From a virus (lineage: Duplodnaviria; Heunggongvirae; Uroviricota; Caudoviricetes), in IMG/VR virus record IMGVR_UViG_2568526722_000004, positions 1 to 26,789 of that record: a DNA stretch of 26,789 nt. One strand, written 5' to 3'. How positions within the stretch are numbered: the first letter of the stretch is position 1; every line of letters begins with the position of its first letter. A program made the translations under genes and the position numbers. This document shows, piece by piece, positions 1 to 9,070 of this stretch. A model generated the notes under the pieces. The model had not been told where the DNA came from and made no database searches. It saw nothing but the letters and a program-made list of their open reading frames with translations.

Positions 1-588
1 GCGGCATGACGAATAAATATCGTTATTCTCCCGCTCATGTTTAGCGCCACGAAACGCCACCGCGGGAATAACAATCTGCCGGTCAAACGGCTGATCGTCA
101 TAAACCCTGACGGTAATGGTCCCTGATGGCCACCGCTCCGGTGCACGGGAGTCCCGGGGGAAAGCTTTGCCCACTGTTTTAACGAGATCGCCTTCAATCT
201 GGTTCGCAGACAGTTTTCCCAGAACCCGACAGTTTTCATTTATCGTGACATTGTTGAGCGTCCCGGCGTTCGCATTCACACTGCCACTGATATCCGCATT
301 TTTCGCCGTCAGTCGCCCGTCCGGTGTAAGGGAAAATGCAGGAGGATTACCGCCGCTGGTAATGGTGGGAGCCGTCAGATATTTCAGGAACACGGCCCGA
401 ACGGCAGGATCATCCGCCAGCGGTTGTGATGCCGCCGGAACGGCACCACTGGCGAAAGATGAATAACGTTCCGGCTCAGGCTCCAGCAAGACACGCCCCT
501 GCATAAACAAGGGCATCAGCTCTGAACCTGGTCTGAACAATACGATCCCCATACGCGGGGCAATTTCAGGGGTCAGTAGTGCTCTCAC
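1..588 (-). CDS. Phage tail host-specificity (lambda J-like) protein, partial: N-terminally truncated remnant whose C-terminus lies beyond the left window edge
   Basis: Hand translation of the minus strand gives an open frame from an in-frame stop at 619-621 to position 1 (e.g. ...[97 protein letters not shown]...), which resembles the C-terminal receptor-binding region of lambda gpJ from memory. No ATG; a GTG at 588 follows GAGGTGA. Not in the ORF track because it lacks an ATG start. Confidence 0.5.
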   Translation of the reverse strand, partial: MRALLTPEIAPRMGIVLFRPGSELMPLFMQGRVLLEPEPERYSSFASGAVPAASQPLADDPAVRAVFLKYLTAPTITSGGNPPAFSLTPDGRLTAKNADISGSVNANAGTLNNVTINENCRVLGKLSANQIEGDLVKTVGKAFPRDSRAPERWPSGTITVRVYDDQPFDRQIVIPAVAFRGAKHERENNDIYSSCR

Positions 589-595
589 GGTCACC

Positions 596-1393
596 TCAAT
601 GAACGGTATCGAGCAGCTTTAACAGCTCAGGGAATCGGGATTCGAAGAAATGCGGCTGCGTCTCGCGCGGATTTGCGGGACTGGTGATGTTCTTGCCGAA
701 CATGCAGCCTTTCGCCGTCAGCGACCAGAATTTTTTGATGTTGTTAATCGCTGTACGGCTGTATCGTTCGCGCTGTTCGACGATCCCCAGCTTCGCCATC
801 TGGTGATATGCCTGATTAGCCGTAAGGCGGATACCATACTGTTTCAGCAGTGCACTCAGCGACAGTGTCGGGCGACTTGAGCCATCAGGCGCGTCAGCAG
901 GAGCATCAATGGCATAGCGCGGTGCCAGATTCGGTAAGCCAACAGCCTCCTGGAGTTTCTGACAGGCCCCAAGCACAGATGAGTTAGACAGGTTTAACTC
1001 CCGGCGCATAAAGTCCAGCAGAATCACGCCAGCCTGCATCTTGTCAGCAGCCTGCCCGGATAATTTTTCCGGTGCGCTGGTTACCATATCGAAAGTACGG
1101 ATCACCTTCAGATGGAATGACGGGCTGATCCACATTGCATAGGCATACACCAGTTCTTTGCAGACATACGTCCCCTGGTTATTTCCGCCACGACTAACGT
1201 TAACTGGCTCTATATTGACCGAGTTGCAAATCTGCAACTCGCTTATTAAACGTTCGGTTTGCTCATTGCGGAGCCAGAATGCAGGCTTATGCTTATCCTG
1301 AGAACCGGCAGCCCTGTGCAGATCGTTCAGGCTGTAACGCCCATAAGCATCACGACGAACTTCAATACCATCAATGACCATCAGATTATTCAT
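596..1393 (-). CDS. KilA-N domain phage protein (antirepressor-like)
   Basis: 265-aa ORF; N-terminus [30 protein letters not shown]... is typical of KilA-N DNA-binding domains; last gene of the minus-strand early operon. Confidence 0.6.
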   Translation of the reverse strand: MNNLMVIDGIEVRRDAYGRYSLNDLHRAAGSQDKHKPAFWLRNEQTERLISELQICNSVNIEPVNVSRGGNNQGTYVCKELVYAYAMWISPSFHLKVIRTFDMVTSAPEKLSGQAADKMQAGVILLDFMRRELNLSNSSVLGACQKLQEAVGLPNLAPRYAIDAPADAPDGSSRPTLSLSALLKQYGIRLTANQAYHQMAKLGIVEQRERYSRTAINNIKKFWSLTAKGCMFGKNITSPANPRETQPHFFESRFPELLKLLDTVH

Positions 1394-1412
1394 ACTTCGT
1401 TTCTCCTCTTAA

Positions 1413-1775
1413 TCAGGCGGCTGCACCCGCCGTTTTCTCGTACTTACTGATAGTGATCTCGACCTTCCCTCCCGGGATAACCGGTCCCCACTCCACCAAC
1501 ATTCTTTTCACCTGACTGTCGTCTTCCCACACACCCGCGTGGGTCAGGGCGTCAAACAGCGCCTTGTTATAGTTGTCCAGATCGCGGATCCGGTTAGCCG
1601 TTCTGACGGTACTCATCCCCGCGCCAATCTGACGGGCAATGGTTTCAATTGATGGCCAGCACACACCTTCGTCATTACTGAAATCAGCCAGGCGGGCCAT
1701 AATTGCCACGCTGGATAATTTCATGCCTGACGCAGCGCAACCATCCCATACATAGCCGGTTAATTTAGTGCTCAT
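1413..1775 (-). CDS. Phage helix-turn-helix domain protein
   Basis: 120-aa ORF with GAGGT RBS 5 nt upstream of the ATG at 1775; winged-HTH-like segment (SVAIMARLADFSNDEGVCWPSIETIARQIGAGMSTVRTANRIRDLD). Confidence 0.5.
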   Translation of the reverse strand: MSTKLTGYVWDGCAASGMKLSSVAIMARLADFSNDEGVCWPSIETIARQIGAGMSTVRTANRIRDLDNYNKALFDALTHAGVWEDDSQVKRMLVEWGPVIPGGKVEITISKYEKTAGAAA

Positions 1776-1784
1776 GACCGACCT

Positions 1785-2123
1785 CTATTTCCCTGAATTT
1801 ACGACGAAACTGTTCGAGCGGGCTGAAGCACTCATGCTCATAGCCTTCACGGAGGTAGATAACCCGTTGTGTTTCCGGCTCCCAACGAATGACTCTGACG
1901 GGCACTCCGTAGTGATCTTTGAACCAGCGGTTAACTTGTCGCAAAGGACTGTCTCCTTCTGCCGGTTGAAATCACCCACAGCCCACTCTGCAAAGCTGTG
2001 GGTTACAATTTCCCTGTCACCTGGTACATTTACTGCATAGCAATACTCCACCTTCGCTTTTCCACCCGGTACAGGAAGCGCAATCAGTTGCGAGCGACGG
2101 TAGTGTGTTGTTAAACTGTTCAT
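1785..2123 (-). CDS. Hypothetical phage protein
   Basis: 112-aa ORF whose ATG overlaps the upstream gene's TGA (ATGA coupling at 2120-2123) and whose stop sits in the RBS of the next gene; operon context favours it over the antisense ORF 1768..2040. Confidence 0.45.
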   Translation of the reverse strand: MNSLTTHYRRSQLIALPVPGGKAKVEYCYAVNVPGDREIVTHSFAEWAVGDFNRQKETVLCDKLTAGSKITTECPSESFVGSRKHNGLSTSVKAMSMSASARSNSFVVNSGK

Positions 2124-2683
2124 GCGTTAGTTTCTCCACAGTCACGACACGCCACGGCGCCCGGAGCTGCACACTCGCGGGCGTCACTACTTTCTGAAAC
2201 GCAAAAGATTTTGTAGACCAGTGCTGCATGCTCCTGCAGCTTCGAAATTGAGAGGTACAGCTCATCGTTAATTGCTGTCTTCTCATGCGGTTCCACTACA
2301 CCGTCTTCAATTGCTGAACGAATCTGTTTTGAATAACTGCCGATCTGTTCAATGACTTCCAGCAGGCGTTGGTTGATATCGGCGTTGTCCACATCCTCGA
2401 CGTCAGGAAGAGACACAAAGACGCCATTTGCAGACTGCGCCACAGCATCAGCAATGAAGTGAGTGCCACCAGCACGCTGTAAAACCATTGCCCATCCCAG
2501 CGGGAAAATCTGATCGCCATCTGCACGAAGGCGGTTGAATAAAGCGTTTTCTGTTACATCGAGCCAGTCAGCCGCTTCAGCGTAACCACCCGGCAACGCC
2601 GCGATAGTTTTTCTGACAGCTTTCACGTACCACTCAGGCTGTTTTTCTATTTTCCAGTGATGCTTACCCACGGTTAGCCTCAT
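2120..2683 (-). CDS. Phage CII-like regulatory protein (YdaT-like)
   Basis: 187-aa ORF directly downstream of the Cro-like gene; position and composition resemble YdaT/CII-like proteins of Rac-type prophages. Confidence 0.5.
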   Translation of the reverse strand: MRLTVGKHHWKIEKQPEWYVKAVRKTIAALPGGYAEAADWLDVTENALFNRLRADGDQIFPLGWAMVLQRAGGTHFIADAVAQSANGVFVSLPDVEDVDNADINQRLLEVIEQIGSYSKQIRSAIEDGVVEPHEKTAINDELYLSISKLQEHAALVYKIFCVSESSDARECAAPGAVACRDCGETNA

Positions 2684-2714
2684 CGTTCTGTGGTTAAAAA
2701 TTGAAAGTGTTCTG

Positions 2715-2915
2715 CTAATCTTTCGGATAGATATCCGGTCTTAAGTCAGATTTCGTAATTGCACCTGACGTGCATTGCTCAAGTTTTTTAGCCAGCACAA
2801 AACTGGCTTTTTTATAGCCATTGAAAACCAGCCGTAAGTAGCCAGGTGTTGAGCCAACTTTTCCGGCCAACTCGCCCTGCTGTTCTTTGGTTAAAGAGTC
2901 CCAATACGCTTTCAT
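2715..2915 (-). CDS. Cro/YdaS-like HTH transcriptional regulator
   Basis: 66-aa protein from the internal ATG at 2915 with GGAGGT RBS (the longer 167-aa track ORF has a non-protein-like N-terminal extension); HTH segment ...ELAGKVGSTPGYLRLVFNGYKKASFVLAKKLEQCTSGAITKSDLRPD; divergent from the CI-like gene. Confidence 0.6.
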   Translation of the reverse strand: MKAYWDSLTKEQQGELAGKVGSTPGYLRLVFNGYKKASFVLAKKLEQCTSGAITKSDLRPDIYPKD

Positions 2916-2918
2916 ACA

Positions 2919-2990
2919 ATATGTACCTCCGGTATACATATTACATGATTGAAATGAACCTTCAAGATACTTGTACCTTAACGGTACAAG
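2919..2990. promoter_or_regulatory. Divergent operator/promoter region between Cro-like and CI-like genes
   Basis: Two palindromes with TGTACC half-sites: AATATGTACCTCCGGTATACATATT (2919-2942) and CTTGTACCTTAACGGTACAAG (2970-2990); the same half-site recurs at the promoter after the CI-like gene. Confidence 0.5.
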
Positions 2991-3005
2991 GGTTTTAATT
3001 TCGTT

Positions 3006-3680
3006 ATGAAAACAATCCATGACATCCGGCGGTCTAACGCCAGAAAACTGAGAGATGGTGTTGGCGGGAATTCTTCCTTTGCCACTATGATTGATCGCGA
3101 GCCAACCCAGACCAGCAGGTTTATGGGAGATGGTGCTACTAAAAATATCGGTGACAGCATGGCACGACACATCGAAAAATGTTTCGACCTGCCTGTCGGA
3201 TGGCTCGATCAAGAACACCAGACAACGAACATCACAAAAAAACCTGATGTTTCAATCACTAATAAACAAATCACATTAGTCCCTGTCATATCATGGGTAC
3301 AGGCCGGAGCATGGAAAGAAGTTGGATATTCTGAGGTTGATTTGAGCACAGCAGAAACGTATCCCTGCCCTGTACCCTGTGGGGAAATGACTTATATCTT
3401 GCGGGTGATAGGTGATTCAATGATTGATGAGTACCGCCCGGGAGACATGATTTTTGTCGATCCTGAAGTACCTGCCTGCCACGGTGACGACGTTATTGCA
3501 TTGATGCACGATACAGGCGAAACCACCTTCAAAAGGTTGATAGAAGATGGGACACAGCGTTATCTCAAAGCGTTAAACCCAAACTGGCCTGAGCCTTACA
3601 TTAAGATCAACGGTAATTGCTCTATAATTGGTACAGTGATTTTCTCAGGAAAACCAAGAAGATACAAAATCAAAGCCTAA
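3006..3680 (+). CDS. CI-like phage repressor with LexA/S24 peptidase C-terminal domain
   Basis: 224-aa ORF; C-terminal ...YILRVIGDSMIDEYRPGDMIFVDPEV... has the GDSM serine motif of the S24 (LexA/CI) autopeptidase family; divergent from the Cro-like gene; followed by a terminator. Confidence 0.75.
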   Translation: MKTIHDIRRSNARKLRDGVGGNSSFATMIDREPTQTSRFMGDGATKNIGDSMARHIEKCFDLPVGWLDQEHQTTNITKKPDVSITNKQITLVPVISWVQAGAWKEVGYSEVDLSTAETYPCPVPCGEMTYILRVIGDSMIDEYRPGDMIFVDPEVPACHGDDVIALMHDTGETTFKRLIEDGTQRYLKALNPNWPEPYIKINGNCSIIGTVIFSGKPRRYKIKA

Positions 3681-3692
3681 TCAATGTTTATG

Positions 3693-3716
3693 AACCTGCT
3701 TCGGCAGGTTTTTTTA
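3693..3716 (+). terminator. Rho-independent terminator after the CI-like gene
   Basis: AACCTGC-TTCG-GCAGGTT hairpin followed by a run of T (3709-3715). Confidence 0.7.
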
Positions 3717-3719
3717 TAC

Positions 3720-3752
3720 TTGACAATGTACCTTTGAGATACATAATGTACC
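3720..3752 (+). promoter_or_regulatory. Sigma70-like promoter (pL-like) with flanking TGTACC operator half-sites
   Basis: TTGACA (3720-3725), 17-bp spacer, CATAAT (3742-3747); ATGTACC at 3726-3732 and 3746-3752 overlap the promoter elements. Confidence 0.5.
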
Positions 3753-3914
3753 CAAGCGAAACAACGAACAGGCAGGACGCCCACGAAGTAGCCGCCTGGA
3801 GCATATGAAGTCCAGGATGATTCGTTAGCAACAAAAAAGCGCCCTACAGGACGCTTAGCTCTTTAACAATCTGGTCCCCATCAACAAGTAACTGATAACT
3901 TGAGGAGATGTGAA

Positions 3915-4121
3915 ATGCACAAAACAGAACCCAAAATCGTCGCGCCTGGCTACACAGATGAGGAAATTTATGAGTGGATGACAAAGAAGCTGGCAGCTAT
4001 AAACCAGCTTCGTGAAGTGCTGTCTTATCGACAGGAAACAATAGACTCCTTAAAAAAACTGGATCAGGAAATCACGGTTTTATCACAGGATGTTACTTTA
4101 GATATTGTGCAGACAAATTAG
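3915..4121 (+). CDS. Hypothetical small protein
   Basis: 68-aa ORF from the ATG at 3915, preceded by GAGGAG; the track ORF uses an upstream TTG at 3900. Confidence 0.35.
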   Translation: MHKTEPKIVAPGYTDEEIYEWMTKKLAAINQLREVLSYRQETIDSLKKLDQEITVLSQDVTLDIVQTN

Positions 4122-4527
4122 GATCCCATTCATTTTCGTCAAAATCATCAAAGTGATGAATTTGTGATCTCCAGTCTCGATAATCTAAAAATTTCTGGGC
4201 GGTTACGCTTATTTTATCAAGTGTGAGTTCATCCTGAATTGAAAGAAGAAGTTCATCAAATTTCATCTCATTAATCTGTTTTGGCATCCAGTGATGCTTC
4301 ATCAGAATAAGGTGAACCAGAGCCTTTTTCCCATTCAACTGATTATAGGGAGTGCCGAATTTCTTCCGGTGCTCATGTAAGACAAGGTCCAAAAGAGTAA
4401 GTAATGTTGCCCTTGATTCAACTTTGCTTATTTCGACTGATGACACTACCCCACTGATTTCAATGCCCCGATACTTTCCAACATTTTCACAGTGGGATTT
4501 GTACAGCGTATAGATATTACCGGACAT
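4093..4527 (-). CDS. Hypothetical protein (AT-rich moron, opposite strand to the surrounding operon)
   Basis: 144-aa ORF with AAGGA RBS; markedly AT-rich compared with its flanks; convergent with the upstream small gene; preceded by two direct repeats. Confidence 0.5.
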   Translation of the reverse strand: MSGNIYTLYKSHCENVGKYRGIEISGVVSSVEISKVESRATLLTLLDLVLHEHRKKFGTPYNQLNGKKALVHLILMKHHWMPKQINEMKFDELLLSIQDELTLDKISVTAQKFLDYRDWRSQIHHFDDFDENEWDPNLSAQYLK

Positions 4528-4542
4528 TTCTTTTCCTTTTGC

Positions 4543-4590
4543 GTTGTTGGGGATAACCAGATTAACCGAATCCTTGTTGTTGGGGAATAA
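4543..4590. repeat. Two direct repeats GTTGTTGGGGA(A)TAAC upstream of the moron gene
   Basis: GTTGTTGGGGATAAC at 4543-4557 and GTTGTTGGGGAATAAC at 4575-4590, 16-48 bp upstream of the start codon at 4527. Confidence 0.5.
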
Positions 4591-4995
4591 CTAGGTCCAC
4601 CTCGCCTGATGTGGCTAAAAGCAGGCACATAACAGCTAAGTATTTTCAACCAGAGAGAATCCTTAGCGTTGTGGTGAATGCGGCTCAGCGCACGCGGGTT
4701 AAGGTTGAGGCTGACAGTCGACCTTCTGTGGATACCCACCCGCCTGGTGTGCAACCTTCGCCAGGCACCGGGAGGCACCCGGCACCACAACTTTATGCTG
4801 TGTGTAGTCTTGGCGGTACCAGCTTGTACCCTTGCTTCCGGCTGGTACCGTCCTTTTTACAAAACAGAGAAGAGCATCACCGGACGACGGGCTCATAACC
4901 CAATCCATCCGGGCGGCAGTCACCGCAGGTGTTCTTCTCTGTTTTGTGGAGAAACTAACCGACCTTGCAGGGTCGATATGATGAGGAGCAGCAAA

Positions 4996-5358
4996 ATGGC
5001 TAGCGAACGCAGTACTGATGTGCAGGCATTTATCGGGGAGCTGGACGGCGGCGTATTTGAAACCAAAATCGGCGCAGTTCTCAGTGAAGTCGCTTCCGGT
5101 GTGATGAACACGAAAACCAAAGGTAAGGTCTCGCTCAACCTGGAAATCGAACCGTTTGATGAGAACCGAGTGAAAATCAAACACAAACTCTCATATGTTC
5201 GCCCGACTAACCGCGGGAAAATTTCCGAAGAAGACACCACCGAAACGCCGATGTATGTCAATCGCGGTGGTCGCCTGACTATTCTGCAGGAAGACCAGGG
5301 ACAGTTACTGACTCTTGCCGGTGAACCTGACGGAAAACTCCGCGCAGCAGGTCGTTAA
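4996..5358 (+). CDS. Hypothetical prophage protein (yfdP-like position)
   Basis: 120-aa ORF from the ATG at 4996 with AGGAG RBS; the longer track ORF 4678..5358 has an implausible GC-rich, non-protein-like N-terminal part. Confidence 0.5.
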   Translation: MASERSTDVQAFIGELDGGVFETKIGAVLSEVASGVMNTKTKGKVSLNLEIEPFDENRVKIKHKLSYVRPTNRGKISEEDTTETPMYVNRGGRLTILQEDQGQLLTLAGEPDGKLRAAGR

Positions 5359-5423
5359 TATCGTTTTTAATTAACTGATTATTTATCTCATCACTGAATA
5401 TCTTTATATAGTGAGGACTTATT

Positions 5424-6248
5424 ATGTCTCAGAACTTAGACGCAACCGCAATTAATCAAATCCATGCCCTTATTTCTGCTCAGGGTGTTAATGAAATTAT
5501 CAGTAAGATTGGTGCCGATGCTGTGGCATTGCCTGAGAATTTCCGCATTCATGATCTGGAAAAATTTAATTTAAATCGCTTCCGTTTCCGTGGTGCGCTT
5601 TCCACTGCCAGCATCGATGACTTTACCCGTTATTCTAAAGATCTTGCAGATGAAGGCACCCGCTGCTTTATCGATGCTGATAATATGCGTGCCGTCAGTG
5701 TGCTTAACCTGGGTACTATTGATGAACCAGGTCACGCAGATAACACCGCCACACTCAAACTGAAAAAGACAGCACCGTTCTCTGCTCTGTTGTCTGTTAA
5801 CGGCGAGCGTAACTCCCAGAAGTCACTAGCAGAATGGATTGAAGACTGGGCCGACTATCTTGTGGGCTTTGATGCTAATGGTGACGCTATTCAGGCAACA
5901 AAAGCGGCTGCGGCTGTCCGTAAAATCACGATTGAAGCAAACCAGACCGCTGATTTTGAAGATAATGACTTCAGCGGCAAACGCTCCCTGATGGAGTCTG
6001 TCGAAGCGAAGACCAAAGACATTATGCCAGTGGCATTTGAATTTAAATGCGTTCCGTTTGAAGGTCTGAAAGAACGCCCGTTTAAATTACGCCTCAGTAT
6101 TATCACTGGCGATCGTCCTGTACTGGTTCTGCGCATTATTCAGCTGGAGGCGGTGCAGGAAGAAATGGCTAACGAATTTCGTGATCTGCTTGTTGAGAAA
6201 TTCAAGGACAGCAAAGTAGAAACCTTTATTGGTACTTTCACCGCCTGA
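5424..6248 (+). CDS. yfdQ: Prophage protein, YfdQ-like (274 aa)
   Basis: 274-aa ORF; size and gene order (274/178/120/101 aa) match the yfdQ-yfdR-yfdS-yfdT block of E. coli CPS-53/KplE1 as I recall it; symbol assigned from memory, not verified. Confidence 0.5.
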   Translation: MSQNLDATAINQIHALISAQGVNEIISKIGADAVALPENFRIHDLEKFNLNRFRFRGALSTASIDDFTRYSKDLADEGTRCFIDADNMRAVSVLNLGTIDEPGHADNTATLKLKKTAPFSALLSVNGERNSQKSLAEWIEDWADYLVGFDANGDAIQATKAAAAVRKITIEANQTADFEDNDFSGKRSLMESVEAKTKDIMPVAFEFKCVPFEGLKERPFKLRLSIITGDRPVLVLRIIQLEAVQEEMANEFRDLLVEKFKDSKVETFIGTFTA

Positions 6249-6375
6249 TTTCATTACTGCAAATGCCCCTGCGGGGGCATTTATGGAAACGTAATTTACT
6301 CAATAATCGCCGGATGGTGAGGGATTCTTTTTACCAGAATTCAGCGCGGTGCAGCGCATATACGTGGAGAACAAA

Positions 6376-6912
6376 ATGTCATTTATTAAAACTTTTTCCG
6401 GGAAGCATTTTTATTATGACAGGATAAATAAAGACGACATCGATATTAACGATATCGCGGTTTCCCTTTCAAATATCTGTCGCTTTGCCGGTCATCTTTC
6501 GCACTTCTACAGCGTCGCCCAACATGCGGTTCTTTGCAGCCAGCTGGTGCCGCAGGAATTTGCTTTTGAAGCGTTAATGCATGATGCAACAGAAGCGTAT
6601 TGCCAGGACATTCCCGCACCACTGAAACGCCTTCTTCCTGACTATAAACAAATGGAAGAAAAAATAGACGCCGTAATCCGTGAGAAATACGGGTTACCCC
6701 CAGTTATGAGTACGCCCGTGAAATATGCCGATCTCATCATGCTGGCAACCGAACGCCGCGATCTCGGACTTGATGATGGCTCTTTCTGGCCTGTATTGGA
6801 AGGTATCCCGGCAACAGAGATGTTCAAAGTGATTCCACTGGCTCCAGGCCATGCCTACGGGATGTTTATGGAACGTTTTAACGAGTTATCGGAGTTACGC
6901 AAATGCGCATGA
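6376..6912 (+). CDS. yfdR: HD-domain protein, YfdR-like 5'-deoxynucleotidase
   Basis: 178-aa protein from the ATG at 6376 with GGAGAA RBS; has H..HD-type metal-binding motifs (CRFAGH, MHDATEAY) typical of HD-domain phosphohydrolases. Confidence 0.55.
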   Translation: MSFIKTFSGKHFYYDRINKDDIDINDIAVSLSNICRFAGHLSHFYSVAQHAVLCSQLVPQEFAFEALMHDATEAYCQDIPAPLKRLLPDYKQMEEKIDAVIREKYGLPPVMSTPVKYADLIMLATERRDLGLDDGSFWPVLEGIPATEMFKVIPLAPGHAYGMFMERFNELSELRKCA

Positions 6913-7265
6913 ATGTTTTCGAAATGGAAGGGTTTCTTCGCGGGAAATGTGTACCGCGAGATCTGAAAGTGAACGAAACAAATGCTGAGTACCTGGTACG
7001 TAAATTCGATGCGCTTGAAGCTAAATGTGCAGCACAGGAAAACAAAGTAATACCAGTGTCAACTGAACTGCCACCAGCAAATGAAAGTGTTTTGTTATTC
7101 GATGCTAACGGAGAAGGCTGGCTAATTGGCTGGCGTTCTCTCTGGTACACCTGGGGACAAAAAGAAACCGGAGAATGGCAGTGGACATTTCAGGTCGGGG
7201 ACCTTGAAAACGTCAATATCACTCACTGGGCAGTAATGCCAAAAGCACCGGAGGCTGGAGCATAA
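6903..7265 (+). CDS. yfdS: Prophage protein, YfdS-like
   Basis: 120-aa ORF overlapping the yfdR-like stop; size and order match CPS-53 yfdS from memory. Confidence 0.45.
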   Translation: MRMNVFEMEGFLRGKCVPRDLKVNETNAEYLVRKFDALEAKCAAQENKVIPVSTELPPANESVLLFDANGEGWLIGWRSLWYTWGQKETGEWQWTFQVGDLENVNITHWAVMPKAPEAGA

Positions 7266-7570
7266 TGACCACTTTTACCGACAAAGAACTGATTAAAGAA
7301 ATTAAAGAGCGTATCAGCAGCCTTGACGTGCGAGACGATATTGAGCGCCGTGCTTATGAAATCGCACTCCTATCTCTGGAAGTAGAACCAGATGAACGCG
7401 AAGCTTATGAATTATTCATGGAAAAGCGTTTCGGTGACTTAGTAGATCGTCGGAGAGCAAAAAACGGCGATAACGAATACATGGCATGGGATATGACTCT
7501 CGGTTGGATCGTCTGGCAGCAACGAGCTGGTATCCATTTTTCAACAATGTCACAGCAAGAGGTGAAATAA
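7265..7570 (+). CDS. yfdT: Prophage protein, YfdT-like
   Basis: 101-aa ORF with stop/start overlap on both sides; size and order match CPS-53 yfdT from memory. Confidence 0.45.
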   Translation: MTTFTDKELIKEIKERISSLDVRDDIERRAYEIALLSLEVEPDEREAYELFMEKRFGDLVDRRRAKNGDNEYMAWDMTLGWIVWQQRAGIHFSTMSQQEVK

Positions 7571-7920
7571 TGGAGCCATACAGCCTCACACTCGATGAGG
7601 CCTGTCATTTTCTCAAGATATCCAGACCGACTGCCATTAACTGGATACGCACAGGGCGTCTTCAGGCAACACGCAAAGATCCCACTAAGAATAAATCTCC
7701 TTACCTCACAACACGACAAGCCTGCATTGCGGCTCTTCAGTCTCCGCTGCATACTGTCCAGGTGAGCGCGGGTGATGGCATAACAGAGGAAAGAAAATGT
7801 CACTCTTCCGCAGAGGTGAAATATGGTACGCCAGTTTCACATTGCCGAACGGTAAAAGATTTAAACAGTCTCTTGGAACAAAGGACAAAAGGCAGGCGAC
7901 AGAACTCCATGACAAGCTAA
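7570..7920 (+). CDS. Excisionase-like HTH protein (Xis/AlpA-type)
   Basis: ATG at 7570 with AGGTGA RBS; N-terminal [31 protein letters not shown] is an excisionase-type HTH; sits directly upstream of the integrase; the frame stays open to 7920, overlapping int by 124 nt, so the 3' end is uncertain. Confidence 0.5.
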   Translation: MEPYSLTLDEACHFLKISRPTAINWIRTGRLQATRKDPTKNKSPYLTTRQACIAALQSPLHTVQVSAGDGITEERKCHSSAEVKYGTPVSHCRTVKDLNSLLEQRTKGRRQNSMTS

Positions 7921-8960
7921 AGGCTGAAGCATGGCGGGTCAGCAAACTTGGTGAAATACCTGATATAACGTTCGAGGAAGCGTGTGTCAGGTGGCTTGAA
8001 GAGAAAGCACATAAAAAATCACTGGACGATGACAAAAGCCGGATCGGATTCTGGCTTCAACATTTCGCAGGAATGCAACTAAGAGACATTACTGAATCAA
8101 AAATTTATTCAGCAATGCAGAAAATGACGAACCGGCGTCATGAGGAAAACTGGAAACTCAGGGCAGAAGCATGCAGAAAAAAAGGGAAACCTGTTCCAGA
8201 ATACACGCCAAAACCAGCGTCCGTTGCAACGAAGGCTACGCATCTTTCATTTATAAAGGCCCTACTAAGAGCCGCAGAGCGTGAATGGAAAATGCTGGAT
8301 AAGGCACCAATTATTAAAGTGCCCCAACCAAAGAATAAACGGATCCGCTGGCTGGAGCCCCATGAAGCACAAAGGCTGATTGATGAATGTCCGGAGCCAT
8401 TAAAGTCTGTTGTTGAATTTGCACTGGCAACAGGCCTAAGACGCTCGAACATCATCAACCTTGAATGGCAACAAATAGATATGCAGCGCCGGGTGGCATG
8501 GATAAACCCGGAAGAGAGTAAATCAAACCGCGCAATTGGCGTTGCGCTGAATGATACTGCATGTCGCGTATTGAAAAAACAAATCGGGAATCATCACCGT
8601 TGGGTATTTGTGTACAAGGAAAGCTGTACCAAACCAGACGGAACGAAAGCGCCAACAGTCAGGAAGATGCGGTATGACGCAAACACAGCCTGGAAAGCGG
8701 CGCTGAGACGGACTGGTATTGATGATTTCAGATTTCACGACTTGAGACACACCTGGGCAAGTTGGCTGGTTCAAGCCGGAGTCCCGTTGTCAGTGTTACA
8801 GGAAATGGGAGGCTGGGAGTCTATCGAAATGGTTCGTCGATATGCTCACCTTGCACCTAATCACCTTACCGAACACGCACGGCAAATAGACTCGATCCTA
8901 AACCCATCGGTCCCAAATTTGTCCCAGTCAAAAAATAAGGAAGGTACTAATGATGTGTAA
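7797..8960 (+). CDS. Tyrosine recombinase, lambdoid phage integrase
   Basis: 387-aa ORF; N-terminus [14 protein letters not shown]... (arm-binding type); C-terminal catalytic region ...[40 protein letters not shown] with the conserved HxxR and Tyr motif; ends 13 nt before a copy of the thrW 3' end. Confidence 0.85.
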   Translation: MSLFRRGEIWYASFTLPNGKRFKQSLGTKDKRQATELHDKLKAEAWRVSKLGEIPDITFEEACVRWLEEKAHKKSLDDDKSRIGFWLQHFAGMQLRDITESKIYSAMQKMTNRRHEENWKLRAEACRKKGKPVPEYTPKPASVATKATHLSFIKALLRAAEREWKMLDKAPIIKVPQPKNKRIRWLEPHEAQRLIDECPEPLKSVVEFALATGLRRSNIINLEWQQIDMQRRVAWINPEESKSNRAIGVALNDTACRVLKKQIGNHHRWVFVYKESCTKPDGTKAPTVRKMRYDANTAWKAALRRTGIDDFRFHDLRHTWASWLVQAGVPLSVLQEMGGWESIEMVRRYAHLAPNHLTEHARQIDSILNPSVPNLSQSKNKEGTNDV

Positions 8961-8972
8961 CTTATTGATTTA

Positions 8973-8990
8973 AATGGTGCGATAATAGGA
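8973..8990. repeat. att core repeat (copy of the thrW 3' end): attR of element A and attL of element B
   Basis: AATGGTGCGATAATAGGA matches 25344-25362 AATGGTGCCGATAATAGGA (18/19, one C missing), same orientation. Confidence 0.7.
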
Positions 8991-9049
8991 ACAAATCAAA
9001 CCACATAACCAATTGATTTCTATTATATTTTTATGTTTTAGTTTTCAAC

Positions 9050-9070
9050 ATACCCCCAAAAGTACCCCCA
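9050..9070. repeat. 21-bp repeat ATACCCCCAAAAGTACCCCCA (candidate integrase arm-type site), copy 1
   Basis: Exact 21-bp direct repeat of 25211-25231; contains an internal TACCCCCA duplication; lies about 60 bp inside the left att core. Confidence 0.6.

Noticed and set aside
116-466. 116-aa + strand ORF at the left edge
   Set aside because: Low-complexity, Pro/Ser/Arg-rich translation lying antisense to the J-like minus-strand frame, which reads as a real protein.
1768-2040. 90-aa + strand ORF
   Set aside because: Antisense to a minus-strand ORF (1785..2123) that is translationally coupled to its neighbours on both sides; no RBS or operon context on the + strand.
4611-4995. Overlapping ORFs (4611..4898 +, N-terminal part of 4678..5358 +, 4699..5184 -, 4446..4790 -)
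   Set aside because: Mutually overlapping frames in a GC-rich, hairpin-dense region with Pro/Arg-rich translations; interpreted as noncoding structured DNA, with the real gene starting at the ATG at 4996.
8138-8774. Minus-strand ORFs inside the lambdoid integrase gene
   Set aside because: Antisense to a well-supported integrase ORF; odd composition.
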